Of a stretch of 64,000 nucleotides of DNA, positions 38,377-64,000 are shown piece by piece (the first letter of the stretch is position 1; each line of letters opens with the position of its first letter). The notes beneath the pieces were generated by a model. It worked only from the letters and a program-made list of their open reading frames with translations. It was not told where the DNA came from and made no database searches. Origin of the DNA: Balanoglossus misakiensis (Eukaryota; Animalia; Hemichordata); the NCBI GenBank assembly GCA_040954595.2, contig CM082584.2:11932552-11996551 (forward strand). Direction: 5' to 3'. Both the position numbers and the translations under genes were made by a program.

Positions 38377-39773
38377 TCATTCAGGCGGTAGAGGAATCCC
38401 GACGGCATTTTGCATGGCTTTTCTGGCTTCCTCTTTCTGCCTCAATGTGCAGAAGTCCTGAAATCATGAAGGAGATCACACAAATGTATTGAGTGTTATT
38501 TAAATGTACCAGAACAATCTCAGGTTTATGTAGTATATATATATGCGTAATCTGCAAACACCCCTTGGGCATAAATTCATACCTCAAGGAAGACGGCAGC
38601 CAGATTGCTGATCCTAGGGTTGGATGACTGTTGAAACCGCTGCATAGACTGGATGACTGGTATGGCAGTGATCTCTGTGAATGTAATGGAATGAGACATG
38701 GGAATTTTGTGGCAAATGTATGTGTGCTAGAATTTGAAGGAAAATTACAAATCTGAACACCATCTTACCTTGCTTTGTATTGGGTGACATCAAATACAAC
38801 AGACAAGTGATGGCCGAGATGACTATTTCATCATTAGAACTGTGGGGACAAAAGGAAGAACAAAAGTCTTGGGTATGAAATGTATGCAACAATTACTTCC
38901 ATATCTCCATCATGGAGAAGGAAATTGTTCTGAGACTTGCCTTGAGAGAGTTGACAGAATCTGTGAAATACCATTATGTCTGGTGATCTGGTCTTTGCTT
39001 TTATCATCTGGAAAAAAGTAGATATGAGGAATGAAACTTGATATCACAGTACAGGCAAATACAATAATGCTAAAAGATTAATGTGGACCTCAGTGAATAA
39101 TATGGACTAGTTTATAACTTTAACTTACAAAGAGCAAGATTACAAAGTCCACCGAGAGCAAACTCCACTAATTGTTCTGATGTTTCCTCCAGCATATCTG
39201 CAAGTAAAAGATGAGAAGATGACATTATGAGAAGTTTTGGTAAAATTCATATATTCATGGAGTTATAGTCACAGACAGCAGTCTTGATACTTTGCACAGT
39301 CATACTCACCCAAGAACAGATCCACCACATTTAACTGTGTGAGATATTCTGAATTCACAGGATCATATGCAAAGTTTGCCAGGTTGGCCAGTATTTGTTC
39401 TTTGGAATCTGAGGAAAGAAAGGAAAATAAACTATTCGATATCTCACATGAGATTTTGACATGTATGACTTACATACAGCTCTAATTCACATATACCATA
39501 TATGGCATATGTAAATGTGATTGGCCAAACTTCATGCATATGGCGCCTGTGGCCAAATTTGCATATGGGTGACCATACATACGCAAAACTGTTATATGAC
39601 ACTGTAAGTAACTTAATGGGTGGGGTCGTATGACACTCCCCTCCCCCGGTTTGTCAGCTTGGTCCCTGCAACATGATAATCATAGTTTCGAGGGTTTACT
39701 TCTAAAACACACCGTCATTGCTATCCTTTGCAAACTCGCAGATCAGCTGTTGCAAGAACTCAAATCGATCCAT
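38377..39773 (-). CDS. ARMC7: Armadillo repeat-containing protein 7
   Basis: Exons 39773-39713 ([14 protein letters not shown]), 39408-39310 ([16 protein letters not shown]), 39197-39129 ([12 protein letters not shown]), 39007-38941, 38839-38769 ([12 protein letters not shown]), 38674-38583 ([11 protein letters not shown]), 38457-38377 (DFC..GIPLPPE*); all phases consistent. Confidence 0.92.
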
Positions 39774-40225
39774 CTTGCGATCAGCGAGATGACAGATAGA
39801 GATCTTAAACTTGGGGAATTGTACAGACTCTCAACGCTCTGGCCGTTGACCGTGAATCCCATATGACATCTCTTCCGGTGTCCTTGTAACAACGTGCCTT
39901 GTATCACATGAGAGAGGTCGGGCTGATGTAATGTACATGTGTAGGTGTATTTGTAATAGCGCCATCTTGTGATCGGGTAAAGAGAGAACGATTTACTTGA
40001 GCCAACTATTAAAGAAAATCAATTCCATGGTGGTTTCTGTACTCTCAACAGTTTAAACGCACCCAAAGAGCCAAGCTGGCATTCATGCAAAGGGCAGACA
40101 GTGCGCCTGTGGGTAAAAACAAGGAAGAACTTCACCCACAGCGTTTCCCCGAGAGCCTCCGAAGATTTCCGAATGTAGACCTACAGGAACAGTCCACCGT
40201 AGAAAATTATCAGTTCCCCAGTAAA
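39774..40225. promoter_or_regulatory. Bidirectional promoter ARMC7/PRKAA
   Basis: ~450 bp between divergent ATGs; YY1-like AAGATGGCG on the - strand at ~39960-39968 and AAAATGGCG spanning the PRKAA start. Confidence 0.55.
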
Positions 40226-54933
<14,708 letters not shown>

Positions 54934-57063
54934 AACCAGGATGGAAGAGGACAAAAATGTAGAAAAAATCTTAAATGTATTGTAGAACTGGAAAAAAAAA
55001 AGTGACGGCTTTTGTAAAGTCCTGGATAATTGTGCAACAGCAAACCCCCCAAAACTCAGTATTTTGTGTAGTTTTTAGTCACTGTAGCTGTACTTATTTG
55101 TATTGTGTGAACTAAACTGTTTTTTTTCTGTTTTACTCAAGATAATTTACATACAACGAGACAATATAAATATTTTAATTTAATAAGAAATTCGAGTTGA
55201 TAGAAAAGTTTAGAGGCTTGCCAAAAGAACACACGTCATCATCAAACACTGTGCATAATTTGGTTTCTTGTGAGTGGGTAAAACAGCCTTGAATATGTTA
55301 CTTTGCCACCCATCGTCCCATTGCATATTTTTTGGAGTCAGCAAATGGATCAGGGTAAAGTATAGAGTCCACTTGTGGCTCTCTGTTGTGGCGTCAACAC
55401 CATGGTTGTGCAGATGTCTGGGTGGTTGAATGTGAATGGTTTGATCATCATGACCTTTGTTAATTTAGACACCTTGAAATGTGTCGTGATCTTTGATGAC
55501 AAATGTGTGTTCAGCATGAATTAATAAGATATCAGTACTTGTTTGAATTTGTTAACATTATTATCTTTTATGGTTGGTTTATATTTTGTCAGCTGTTGGT
55601 TAATTTGTAGCAATGTTATTTTTTTATTGAAATTTAATGATAGGATTTCATCCTGTGGCTGAACAGTTGTGTTGTGTTTTCAACAGACAGAGCATGAACT
55701 TTGTTCAGGTCATCTCATAGTTTCATCAAGCTCAAGGGTATCACCCCTGCCCAGAGAAATTAGAACAGGCATATCGCAAAATGTTCACATTTCTGATTGG
55801 TTTTCTGATGGCCAACGACCTTTGACCTTAAGAAGTTCCAAGATGGCCGCCAAATTTGTTATTTTATTGTTTTGTTTTGTTTTTATGTTAAAGACCTTGC
55901 TGAGTCACTGCCTAGAAAGGCTTCTAAGTGTGTCCATCATAATGTACCAATCAAATTGGATAGTTTAGTAGGGAAATCCCAGATGTAGTGTAATTAATGT
56001 AATATTTGTACAGGGTGCTTTAGGTTGAACCATGGACAGCTTTCTAATCTCCTTGGTGAAAAGTCCATCAATCGCTCTCCCAGATCTGGTTGCCAATCTG
56101 TAACAACACTTTTATTTTGTACTTTTTTTTTCCATTTACATACAGCATTGATATGACCATTCATTTTTAACTGTCAGAGAACTTGTCCAAATACTTCGAC
56201 ATTCATCAGATGACTATTATGAAGGTGTACAGATGCATGTCAAAAACTTTCTTCTCTCTGTTCAACAGAAATGACAAAAAAAAAACAGTAAGGACTTTGA
56301 GCTATTTCATGTATAGATATCTATGAGTAAATAGTGTAGTTGATATTTTTCGGCCTTTGTGTGCCATGTGCTGAAGACTAGTGTTTTCCCTCGTGCTGTG
56401 GCCTGTATATAGCTTTTATCAACTAAATGGAAGTTTGTGCCGGAAAAATGCAAAAAGCCAGAAAGAATATATTTATGAAATCTTGTTAAGCACATGTCTT
56501 TGACCCTGTTACGGCTCCCCAAACCTTGGAAATTTTTCATCAGTGGGTTTGTTACAGCCAGCAGTAAACAGGTAAATTTTACCGGTGTAACTCGCAGCAT
56601 GTCCAGTTAGTTGTTCATGGAAAACTTAGATGGTCAGATGGTCAAGGTCAGCATTAGAAATATGGAAGTCCATGCAAACACTGGCATTTAACCGGTATTA
56701 GTAGTAGGATATAATCCTGTGAGGTACTTTATCAAAAACATGGAAAAGTTGACATAGTATTTTCATGCATGTGCTTTCCAAACTGCAACTAAATAAATAT
56801 GATCTATTTCATAAATGTTGTCTGTATTGTTTTTTCTTGCAGTTCTATTTTCGTGCTGCGATGTCCAAGGACATCACAAATGTCATACATTGGATTAAAG
56901 TGCGCCCTAAGTTTATAATAAGTATACCTTTATTCACGGAAAGGGAGATACATGTATATTTTTTTTAGAAAAACTATATACTGTATGTGTGACTTGGAGA
57001 GTTGAAATATCTATTTACAATCAATGGCACTTGATGAAATATTCTACAATTTTGGTCTGTGTG

Positions 57064-58251
57064 TCAACAATTGGTCAGAACTATGCAATCTGGTAAAGCA
57101 ACTTTCACATCATCAATGACTTCAACCGCTTTTGGAATACTCGTGATGTCCAAATACTTGAGTGATTTCAGATTCTTAGAGAGGTTTGTCAGGCCCGCAT
57201 TGGAAATGTGAGAACACTCGGCCACACTCAGCCAGCGAAGACCTGTCAGGATGCACAAGCTAGCGGCACCAGCGTCGGTTAGAGAGCTGCACTTTGACAG
57301 GTTCAACTTTTCCAGCTTCTTCAGATTCCTGCTGATGTGATGAAGACTGAGGTCGGTGATGTCACACTCCGCTATCTCCAAGACTCGCAGGTCTTGCAAT
57401 GTTTCAGTGACATGCTGTATTCCGGCGTCATTGACTCTGTAACAGTGGTTGAGTTTCAGTTCCTTGATCAGTCGCCTGTTGCAGATGTCCTTGAGGTCGA
57501 CCGTTGAGACTCTGGAGCAAGAACTCAGGTCGAGACACTCCAGTTTGGGCATCATGGTTTCATCGGAACTCAAGTCTTGGAACCACTGCTTTGGCAATTC
57601 ACACGACTGAAGGACCAACGACAGAAGGCTACTCGGAAGAGCGCTGGCGTCCAATGAATGGAAATTTGCTTCCACAATCTCAAGATGGCTAAGATTAGGA
57701 CATCGCTCTTTCAAATCTTGCAAGACGGCATTCGAAAGACACTCTGTCTTCCGCACTGAGTGAAGAAATCCCTTCAACTTGAGCGATTTCAGAGTTGATG
57801 AGAAGTGGTTTCGGATCACTTTCCACACGCTGCGTAGGTCCACTCTGTATTTTTGCAGATCCACATGTCGCCAGAGTAACTTGTCATTGCTTAACCTGTT
57901 CCATGACTTGCAAACCCTGTGAATGAGGCATATAGAGAACAAGATTGGTTTCATTGATAGAAATATGACCACTGGATCATCATCATCATCATCATCATCA
58001 AGAACGCCAGCCTTCTTCAGCAAAGAAATAAAAACAAAACCATGGCAATACTAAATAAACCTAATTAACTATTAGACACGACAATAAACGTACCTTGCAA
58101 TCCTACAAATATCTCTAGGGTCTAGATAGTAAAATATTTCAAGCATTATGTTATCGGGTAGCATGCCGAAGACACTGTCTGAAAGTGATTGGTCGCTCAG
58201 AAGTTGACTCTTCTCCATGGCAACTGCCTTGGATGCCCCACGCCTTGCCAT
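57064..58251 (-). CDS. FBXL12: F-box/LRR-repeat protein 12-like
   Basis: Exon 58251-58094 (LPDNIMLEIFYYLDPRDICRIA) plus exon 57916-57064 (RVCKSWNRL..LWRHVDL..CPNL..LPSSL.. and several cysteine-containing LRRs); the N-terminal half closely resembles vertebrate FBXL12. Confidence 0.8.
57976..58000 (+). repeat. (ATC)8 microsatellite in the FBXL12 intron
   Basis: ATCATCATC... seen directly; explains the poly-Asp in the spurious ORF extension. Confidence 0.9.
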
Positions 58252-58500
58252 GACGTCAATGTCAAGAATGCAAATATCACAGTATGTCCTTTCAGCGTCA
58301 AGAATTGATGCCAATACTTGTTTTACCAAAGTATTCTCGCTGCCGGCCCCGGCTAACCTGGAATTTATCAGCTTTAGTCCTAAAAAAGGCTAAGGTAAGG
58401 TCATCTTTAGGTCACGATGCCTGTTTGGTTTTTCATTTCTCCAGTGCAATCAAATGCGGAAGTCGTTGGAGTAGAGAAACAACAGTCGACGAATGACAAC

Positions 58501-58884
58501 ATGGCGAGTTCAGGAGATGCAGTCGTGGATATCGACAAGGTTAGTGTTTTGTAGTTTTGCCAGCGAAAGCGGTGTATTTTGTGCGATCAGTATAACCGAA
58601 AGCAGAGTATGTAATGTACCAGTTTCAATGGGAATTGAAAGTTTTTGAAGAGCTGATGCGATTTCAGTACCGATACACGATTTCTGCACTGTGTTCAGTC
58701 TCCATCACATCTGTGCCACGTCACGTGTACAATATCTGAACCATCTCTTTGCTGTGTCGTGGCCACTAAAATACTGTTTATTCCCATTGTAGGATAAAGA
58801 TGAGGTTTCTACCGATGACTTGAAATTTCAAGGTATGCAACTTATCCGTTTGATTTCACTGCCCGCCCCTCTTTCTATCTCACT

Positions 58885-58931
<47 letters not shown>

Positions 58932-61165
58932 ATGAAGATGATAACTAACGTCGGCAATAATCAGAGAAAATGGCTGGTTTATGAAATGTGAGAAGTCATT
59001 TCCACAGCTTTGATTAAATATGGTCACAGTACTAGTATCTTCATCAGTTTACTTCGATCTGAGTGGATAATAATTTACTCTGCCAGCAAAATCTATGATT
59101 CACTCTGTGTAAAGTATATGCCTTCACAATATCCTCACATTTCATTGATGCAGATTTCAGTGACAGTAACATAGAAGCTGACAGAGATGGTGGACAGACA
59201 CACAACTTTGATAATTATCCCAGCGGGGATGAGGAGGAAGATGAGGGAGACAAGACAGAGGTCAGTCAAAATATTTTTATCATTCTCTTTGTTTAGTATA
59301 CAAAGCATCACTTCTGTGCAGCTGTCAATCATATCACGGTGGTGAGAGATAAAGATAAATTTACCCACCAGCTACCTGTTATTATAATAATCATGCCCTT
59401 TAAGATCAATATATATATATTGATTTGGAAGTACATATTCTTTCTTTGCAGTTGCTCACAGGACAAAAGAAGCCACCATCGTTTTGGACATTTGAGTACT
59501 ACCAGACTTTCTTTGATGTTGAAACCTATCAGGTAAAATATCAAGTGCCCTGCATAATAGAATGGGTTCACTTCTAAATTAAAGTTTCTGTCATTGATAA
59601 AGGAAATTTTGACTCGTGCATGACGATCACGTGAATGTTTCCCATTGTAGGTGTTGAGGAGGTTGCTTGGATCATTTTTTCCGAAGCCGAGCAAGAATTT
59701 CCGTGATGAAGTCCGGGCAAATCCAGATCTCTATGGTAACTGTTTTTTTTTTCAAATAATTTGTTGGTAAAGGATGTTCATTCATGAGAAGTCGTGTCCC
59801 AAGTGCTGTACATGTATCCTGTATCTCAATTTGTTTCTATTTGTAACAGGGCCATTCTGGGTATGTATAACACTGGTGTTCACAACAGCCATTACTGGGG
59901 ATCTCTCCAATTACTTTGCAACAGCAGGACATCCAGACTTGGAGTGGCATCCAGACTTTAAAAAAGGTCAGTGTTCTGTTTTAGAGAAACACAATTATCG
60001 CAAATATTCCATCACAGAATGAATCGCCCATGATTACAGACTTATTTTCCTATCTCTATCTTATCATATTCTTCACTTCTGTTTACATTTTATTTCCAGT
60101 TTCCATAGCAGCGACAGCCATATTTTGCTACTGGTGGTTTGTGGGATCAGCTTTGTGGGGCGTATTGTCATGGAGACACAGTCCAGCTGGCTACGGCTAT
60201 TTAGAAATCATCTGTATATATGGCTATTCCTTATTTATCTACATACCAGTATCGGTGAGTTTTCATTTTAAAAGAATAATCAGCTTGTCACAATTGTGTT
60301 GTATATGATCGCAAATTTTCAGGTGGCATATTTTTTGTTGCTGGACAGAGTTTAGGGTAAATCTGTGATACGCTATTATGTGAGAAATTTCTCGCTCTTT
60401 CTCACTCACTGATCATTATTTTTTGATACATTCCAGTTTCTGTACGTGATTCCAGTTGCCTGGGTTCAGTGGGTGTTGCTGATCCTTGCCTTGTTGCTGT
60501 CGGGTACGGTGTTGTTGTTGACATTCTGGCCGGCCGTCAGAGAAGACAACAAGAAAATAGCCATCGCTGTCATGGTGGCTATCTTCCTCTTGCATGCTAC
60601 TCTAGCCGTAGGATTCAAGGTGAGATTTCTACTCTAGTTGTTGTGGTGTTAACCCTATCACCACCATGATATTATGTCAACCAATTGACTTCCTTCGAAA
60701 GGTGAGTTTCTTGAACACTAGAAGACTACACGCCAAAAGTTACACAAAATATCTTTAAGAGTTAAAAGAAGTTTGTTAAAATGTCACCTTCTGCTTCCGT
60801 TGCAGTTTTACTTTTTCAATGCACCAGAGATCATCAACACGGCCACCGTTGGACCACCCACCACCGTCCACCAGCAACCCATCATTCCACACCAGCCAAC
60901 AGCACCGCTGCAACAGAACGTAGCAGACGCCATGCCATTGCAGCTTCTGAACGCTCCCATGTAAGTATTAATGTCGATTTCTCACTTGCAAGAACCAGTG
61001 ATTTAAAACCTTTGGATTCAACTTATTGATGTGGCTGGGGAAAGAAACTTTGTCTGGTATTCAAACATGCTGATGCAGTGATTGTCAGGATCTGATTCCT
61101 TTTGACTCTTGAACTCAGCACACAATATTCTATCTTGTTTCAGAATGAACGCGAGTGGTATTTAG
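58501..61165 (+). CDS. YIPF1: Protein YIPF1/YIPF2 (Yip1 domain Golgi membrane protein)
   Basis: Exons 58501-58539, 58793-58832, 59154-59260, 59452-59532 (SFWTFEYYQTFFDVET), 59651-59735 (NPDLY), 59850-59966 (GPFWVCITLVF), ~60100-60254 (CIYGYSLFIYIP), ~60437-60619, 60806-~60960. Last mini-exon 61144-61165 is tentative (alternative stop at 60964). Confidence 0.9.
58888..58929 (+). repeat. (AG)16 microsatellite followed by a G run
   Basis: Seen directly in a YIPF intron. Confidence 0.9.
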
Positions 61166-62010
61166 ATGCCAAGAAGGATTAGCCTTTGAATAATTTATTT
61201 CTGCATGAAGATTGTTGGTGATGCAGGGCTGAGGGGTTGATGCCGAGGACCTGAAACGACTGGACATCATAGTTCCATGAGTGAGTCTGATCCAATCAAC
61301 CTCGGGCAGCTGACTTTTGGTACAGTCGTCATATACTGTAAAACGTGTCGAAAGACCTTATTTTCAAGCCCTGTCTTGTGTTTTATATTGATTATTCATC
61401 AAAGATTTCAAAGTGAAGTTTATACAAGTGCAATCCAAAACCAATGTCACGATATGTATTTCACCAATCACCATTTTTTTTCAACTAAAGCGAGTCAAAT
61501 TGTGTGATACGGGAAAAATTATTGTAAGAAAAATATTCAGCAGATGGGGTTTAGGGTTCTTTGAAGTGATTATGTATGTAGAAAATTAATAAGAAGTGTA
61601 TTTCAGTCAAGCTCTGTTACGTATCCATTTTCAACTTACTGTTACAATTTGTATGGATCCACAACACAACTGCATGCTGGGAGATTCAGTGTTCAGACAG
61701 ACCACTCAAAGTCAAAAACTCTTGTAAACGCAGACATAATAGTCTACATATGAAATGTTTACTCAAGTATTTATTTCACAGCCATCCAGGCTACGGTACA
61801 TTCTCTTACAAGAATTTTTTGTTAACTTGATTTTATGTATTATGTAAGTGGGAGTTTTGCATGCCACTTGGGATTGGTTATGAATATAATGTAAGAATGC
61901 TTACATGTTTTTTATATGGTAATAAGCTGTAAATAAATCATGCCAGAGAAAGTGCAAAGTAAAAGGAATAGTTTTGTGTCAATTTTTTTTCCCCTGTTAA
62001 TGATTTTTCT

Positions 62011-64000
62011 AAGTCGAAAAATCCTCGATTTTCGAACATTTTCCTGAGCTATAACCCATGGTTTTTTCAAAAAATGACCAAATTTTGAAAATTCGAAAAG
62101 TCGAAAAATCCTCGATTTTCGAACATTTTCCTGAGCTATAACCCATGGTTTTTTCAAAAAATGACCAAATTTTGAAAATTCGAAAAGTCGAAAAATCCTC
62201 GATTTTCGAACATTTTCCTGAGCTATAACCCATGGTTTTTTCAAAAAATGACCAAATTTTGAAAATTCGAAAAGTCGAAAAATCCTCGATTTTCGAACAT
62301 TTTCCTGAGCTATAACCCATGGTTTTTTCAAAAAATGACCAAATTTTGAAAATTCGAAAAGTCGAAAAATCCTCGATTTTCGAACATTTTCCTGAGCTAT
62401 AACCCATGGTTTTTTCAAAAAATGACCAAATTTTGAAAAGTCGAAAAGTCGAAAAATCCTCGATTTTCGAACATTTTCCTGAGCTATAACCCATGGTTTT
62501 TTCAAAAAATGACCAAATTTTGAAAAGTCGAAAAGTCGAAAAATCCTCGATTTTCGAACATTTTCCTGAGCTATAACCCATGGTTTTTTCAAAAAATGAC
62601 CAAATTTTGAAAAGTCGAAAAGTCGAAAAATCCTCGATTTTCAAACATTTTCCTGAGCTATAACCCATGGTTTTTTCAAAAAATGACCAAATTTTGAAAA
62701 TTCGCAAAGTCGAAAAATCCTCGATTTTCGAACATTTTCCTGAGCTATAACCCATGGTTTTTTCAAAAAATGACCAAATTTTGAAAATTCGCAAAGTCGA
62801 AAAATCCTCGATTTTCGAACATTTTCCTGAGCTATAACCCATGGTTTTTTCAAAAAATGACCAAATTTTGAAAATTCGCAAAGTCGAAAAATCCTCGATT
62901 TTCGAACATTTTCCTGAGCTATAACCCATGGTTTTTTCAAAAAATGACCAAATTTTGAAAATTCGCAAAGTCGAAAAATCCTCGATTTTCGAACATTTTC
63001 CTGAGCTATAACCCATGGTTTTTTCAAAAAATGACCAAATTTTGAAAATTCGCAAAGTCGAAAAATCCTCGATTTTCGAACATTTTCCTGAGCTATAACC
63101 CATGGTTTTTTCAAAAAATGACCAAATTTTGAAAATTCGCAAAGTCGAAAAATCCTCGATTTTCGAACATTTTCCTGAGCTATAACCCATGGTTTTTTCA
63201 AAAAATGACCAAATTTTGAAAATTCGCAAAGTCGAAAAATCCTCGATTTTCGAACATTTTCCTGAGCTATAACCCATGGTTTTTTCAAAAAATGACCAAA
63301 TTTTGAAAATTCGAAAAGTCGAAAAATCCTCGATTTTCGAACATTTTCCTGAGCTATAACCCATGGTTTTTTCAAAAAATGACCAAATTTTGAAAATTCG
63401 AAAAGTCGAAAAATCCTCGATTTTCGAACATTTTCCTGAGCTATAACCCATGGTTTTTTCAAAAAATGACCAAATTTTGAAAATTCGAAAAGTCGAAAAA
63501 TCCTCGATTTTCGAACATTTTCCTGAGCTATAACCCATGGTTTTTTCAAAAAATGACCAAATTTTGAAAATTCGCAAAGTCGAAAAATCCTCGATTTTCG
63601 AACATTTTCCTGAGCTATAACCCATGGTTTTTTCAAAAAAATGACCAAATTTTGAAATTCGCAAAGTCGAAAAATCCTCGATTTTCGAACATTTTCCTGA
63701 GCTATAACCCATGTTTTTTTCAAAAAATGACCAAATTTTGAAAATTCGCAAAGTCGAAAAATCCTCGATTTTCGAACATTTTCCTGAGCTATAACCCATG
63801 GGTTTTTTCAAAAAATGACCAAATTTTGAAAATTCGAAAAGTCGAAAAATCCTCGATTTTCGAACATTTTCCTGAGCTATAACCCATGGTTTTTTCAAAA
63901 AATGACCAAATTTTGAAAATTCGAAAAGTCGAAAAATCCTCGATTTTCGAACATTTTCCTGAGCTATAACCCATGGTTTTTTCAAAAAATGACCAAATTT
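62011..64000 (+). repeat. 87-bp tandem satellite array (~23 copies, runs off the window end)
   Basis: Unit AAGTCGAAAAATCCTCGATTTTCGAACATTTTCCTGAGCTATAACCCATGGTTTTTTCAAAAAATGACCAAATTTTGAAAATTCGAA with period 87; produces the 29-aa repeat ORFs on the - strand. Confidence 0.97.

Noticed and set aside
57917-58023. N-terminal poly-Asp extension of the 319-aa LRR ORF
   Set aside because: Intronic (ATC)n microsatellite; the true exon begins at 57916.
61912-63985. Long - strand ORFs (226, 360, 658 aa) with 29-aa repeats
   Set aside because: By-product of an 87-bp (3n) satellite lacking stops in two frames; indels switch frames freely.
62011-64000. CRISPR-like array
   Set aside because: No unique spacers; pure tandem repeat in eukaryotic DNA.

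Overview
Intron-rich animal genomic DNA. The gene content and repeats suggest a marine invertebrate, possibly a deuterostome such as a hemichordate (inference). All gene models were spliced by hand from GT/GC-AG sites. 0.5-30.7 kb: two tandem + strand nicotinic acetylcholine receptor-like (Cys-loop) subunit genes. Both carry an identical loop C lacking the vicinal cysteines (FYPDAPGIPY), and the first has a tandemly duplicated, apparently mutually exclusive loop E/Cys-loop/loop B exon. 32-61 kb: a dense gene block of CD225/dispanin(+), FBXO4(-), RPL37(+), ARMC7(-), AMPK alpha PRKAA(+), FBXL12-like(-) and YIPF1/2(+), with three head-to-head pairs. PRKAA intron 1 holds an apparently intact ~6.2 kb Kolobok-type DNA transposon: TTAA flanks, a 10-exon THAP-DDE transposase, and a tail-to-tail KolX/P2X7-ballast-like gene. 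One PRKAA kinase exon is replaced by a fold-back inverted duplication, which is either an assembly artefact or a real lesion. The window ends in an 87-bp tandem satellite.
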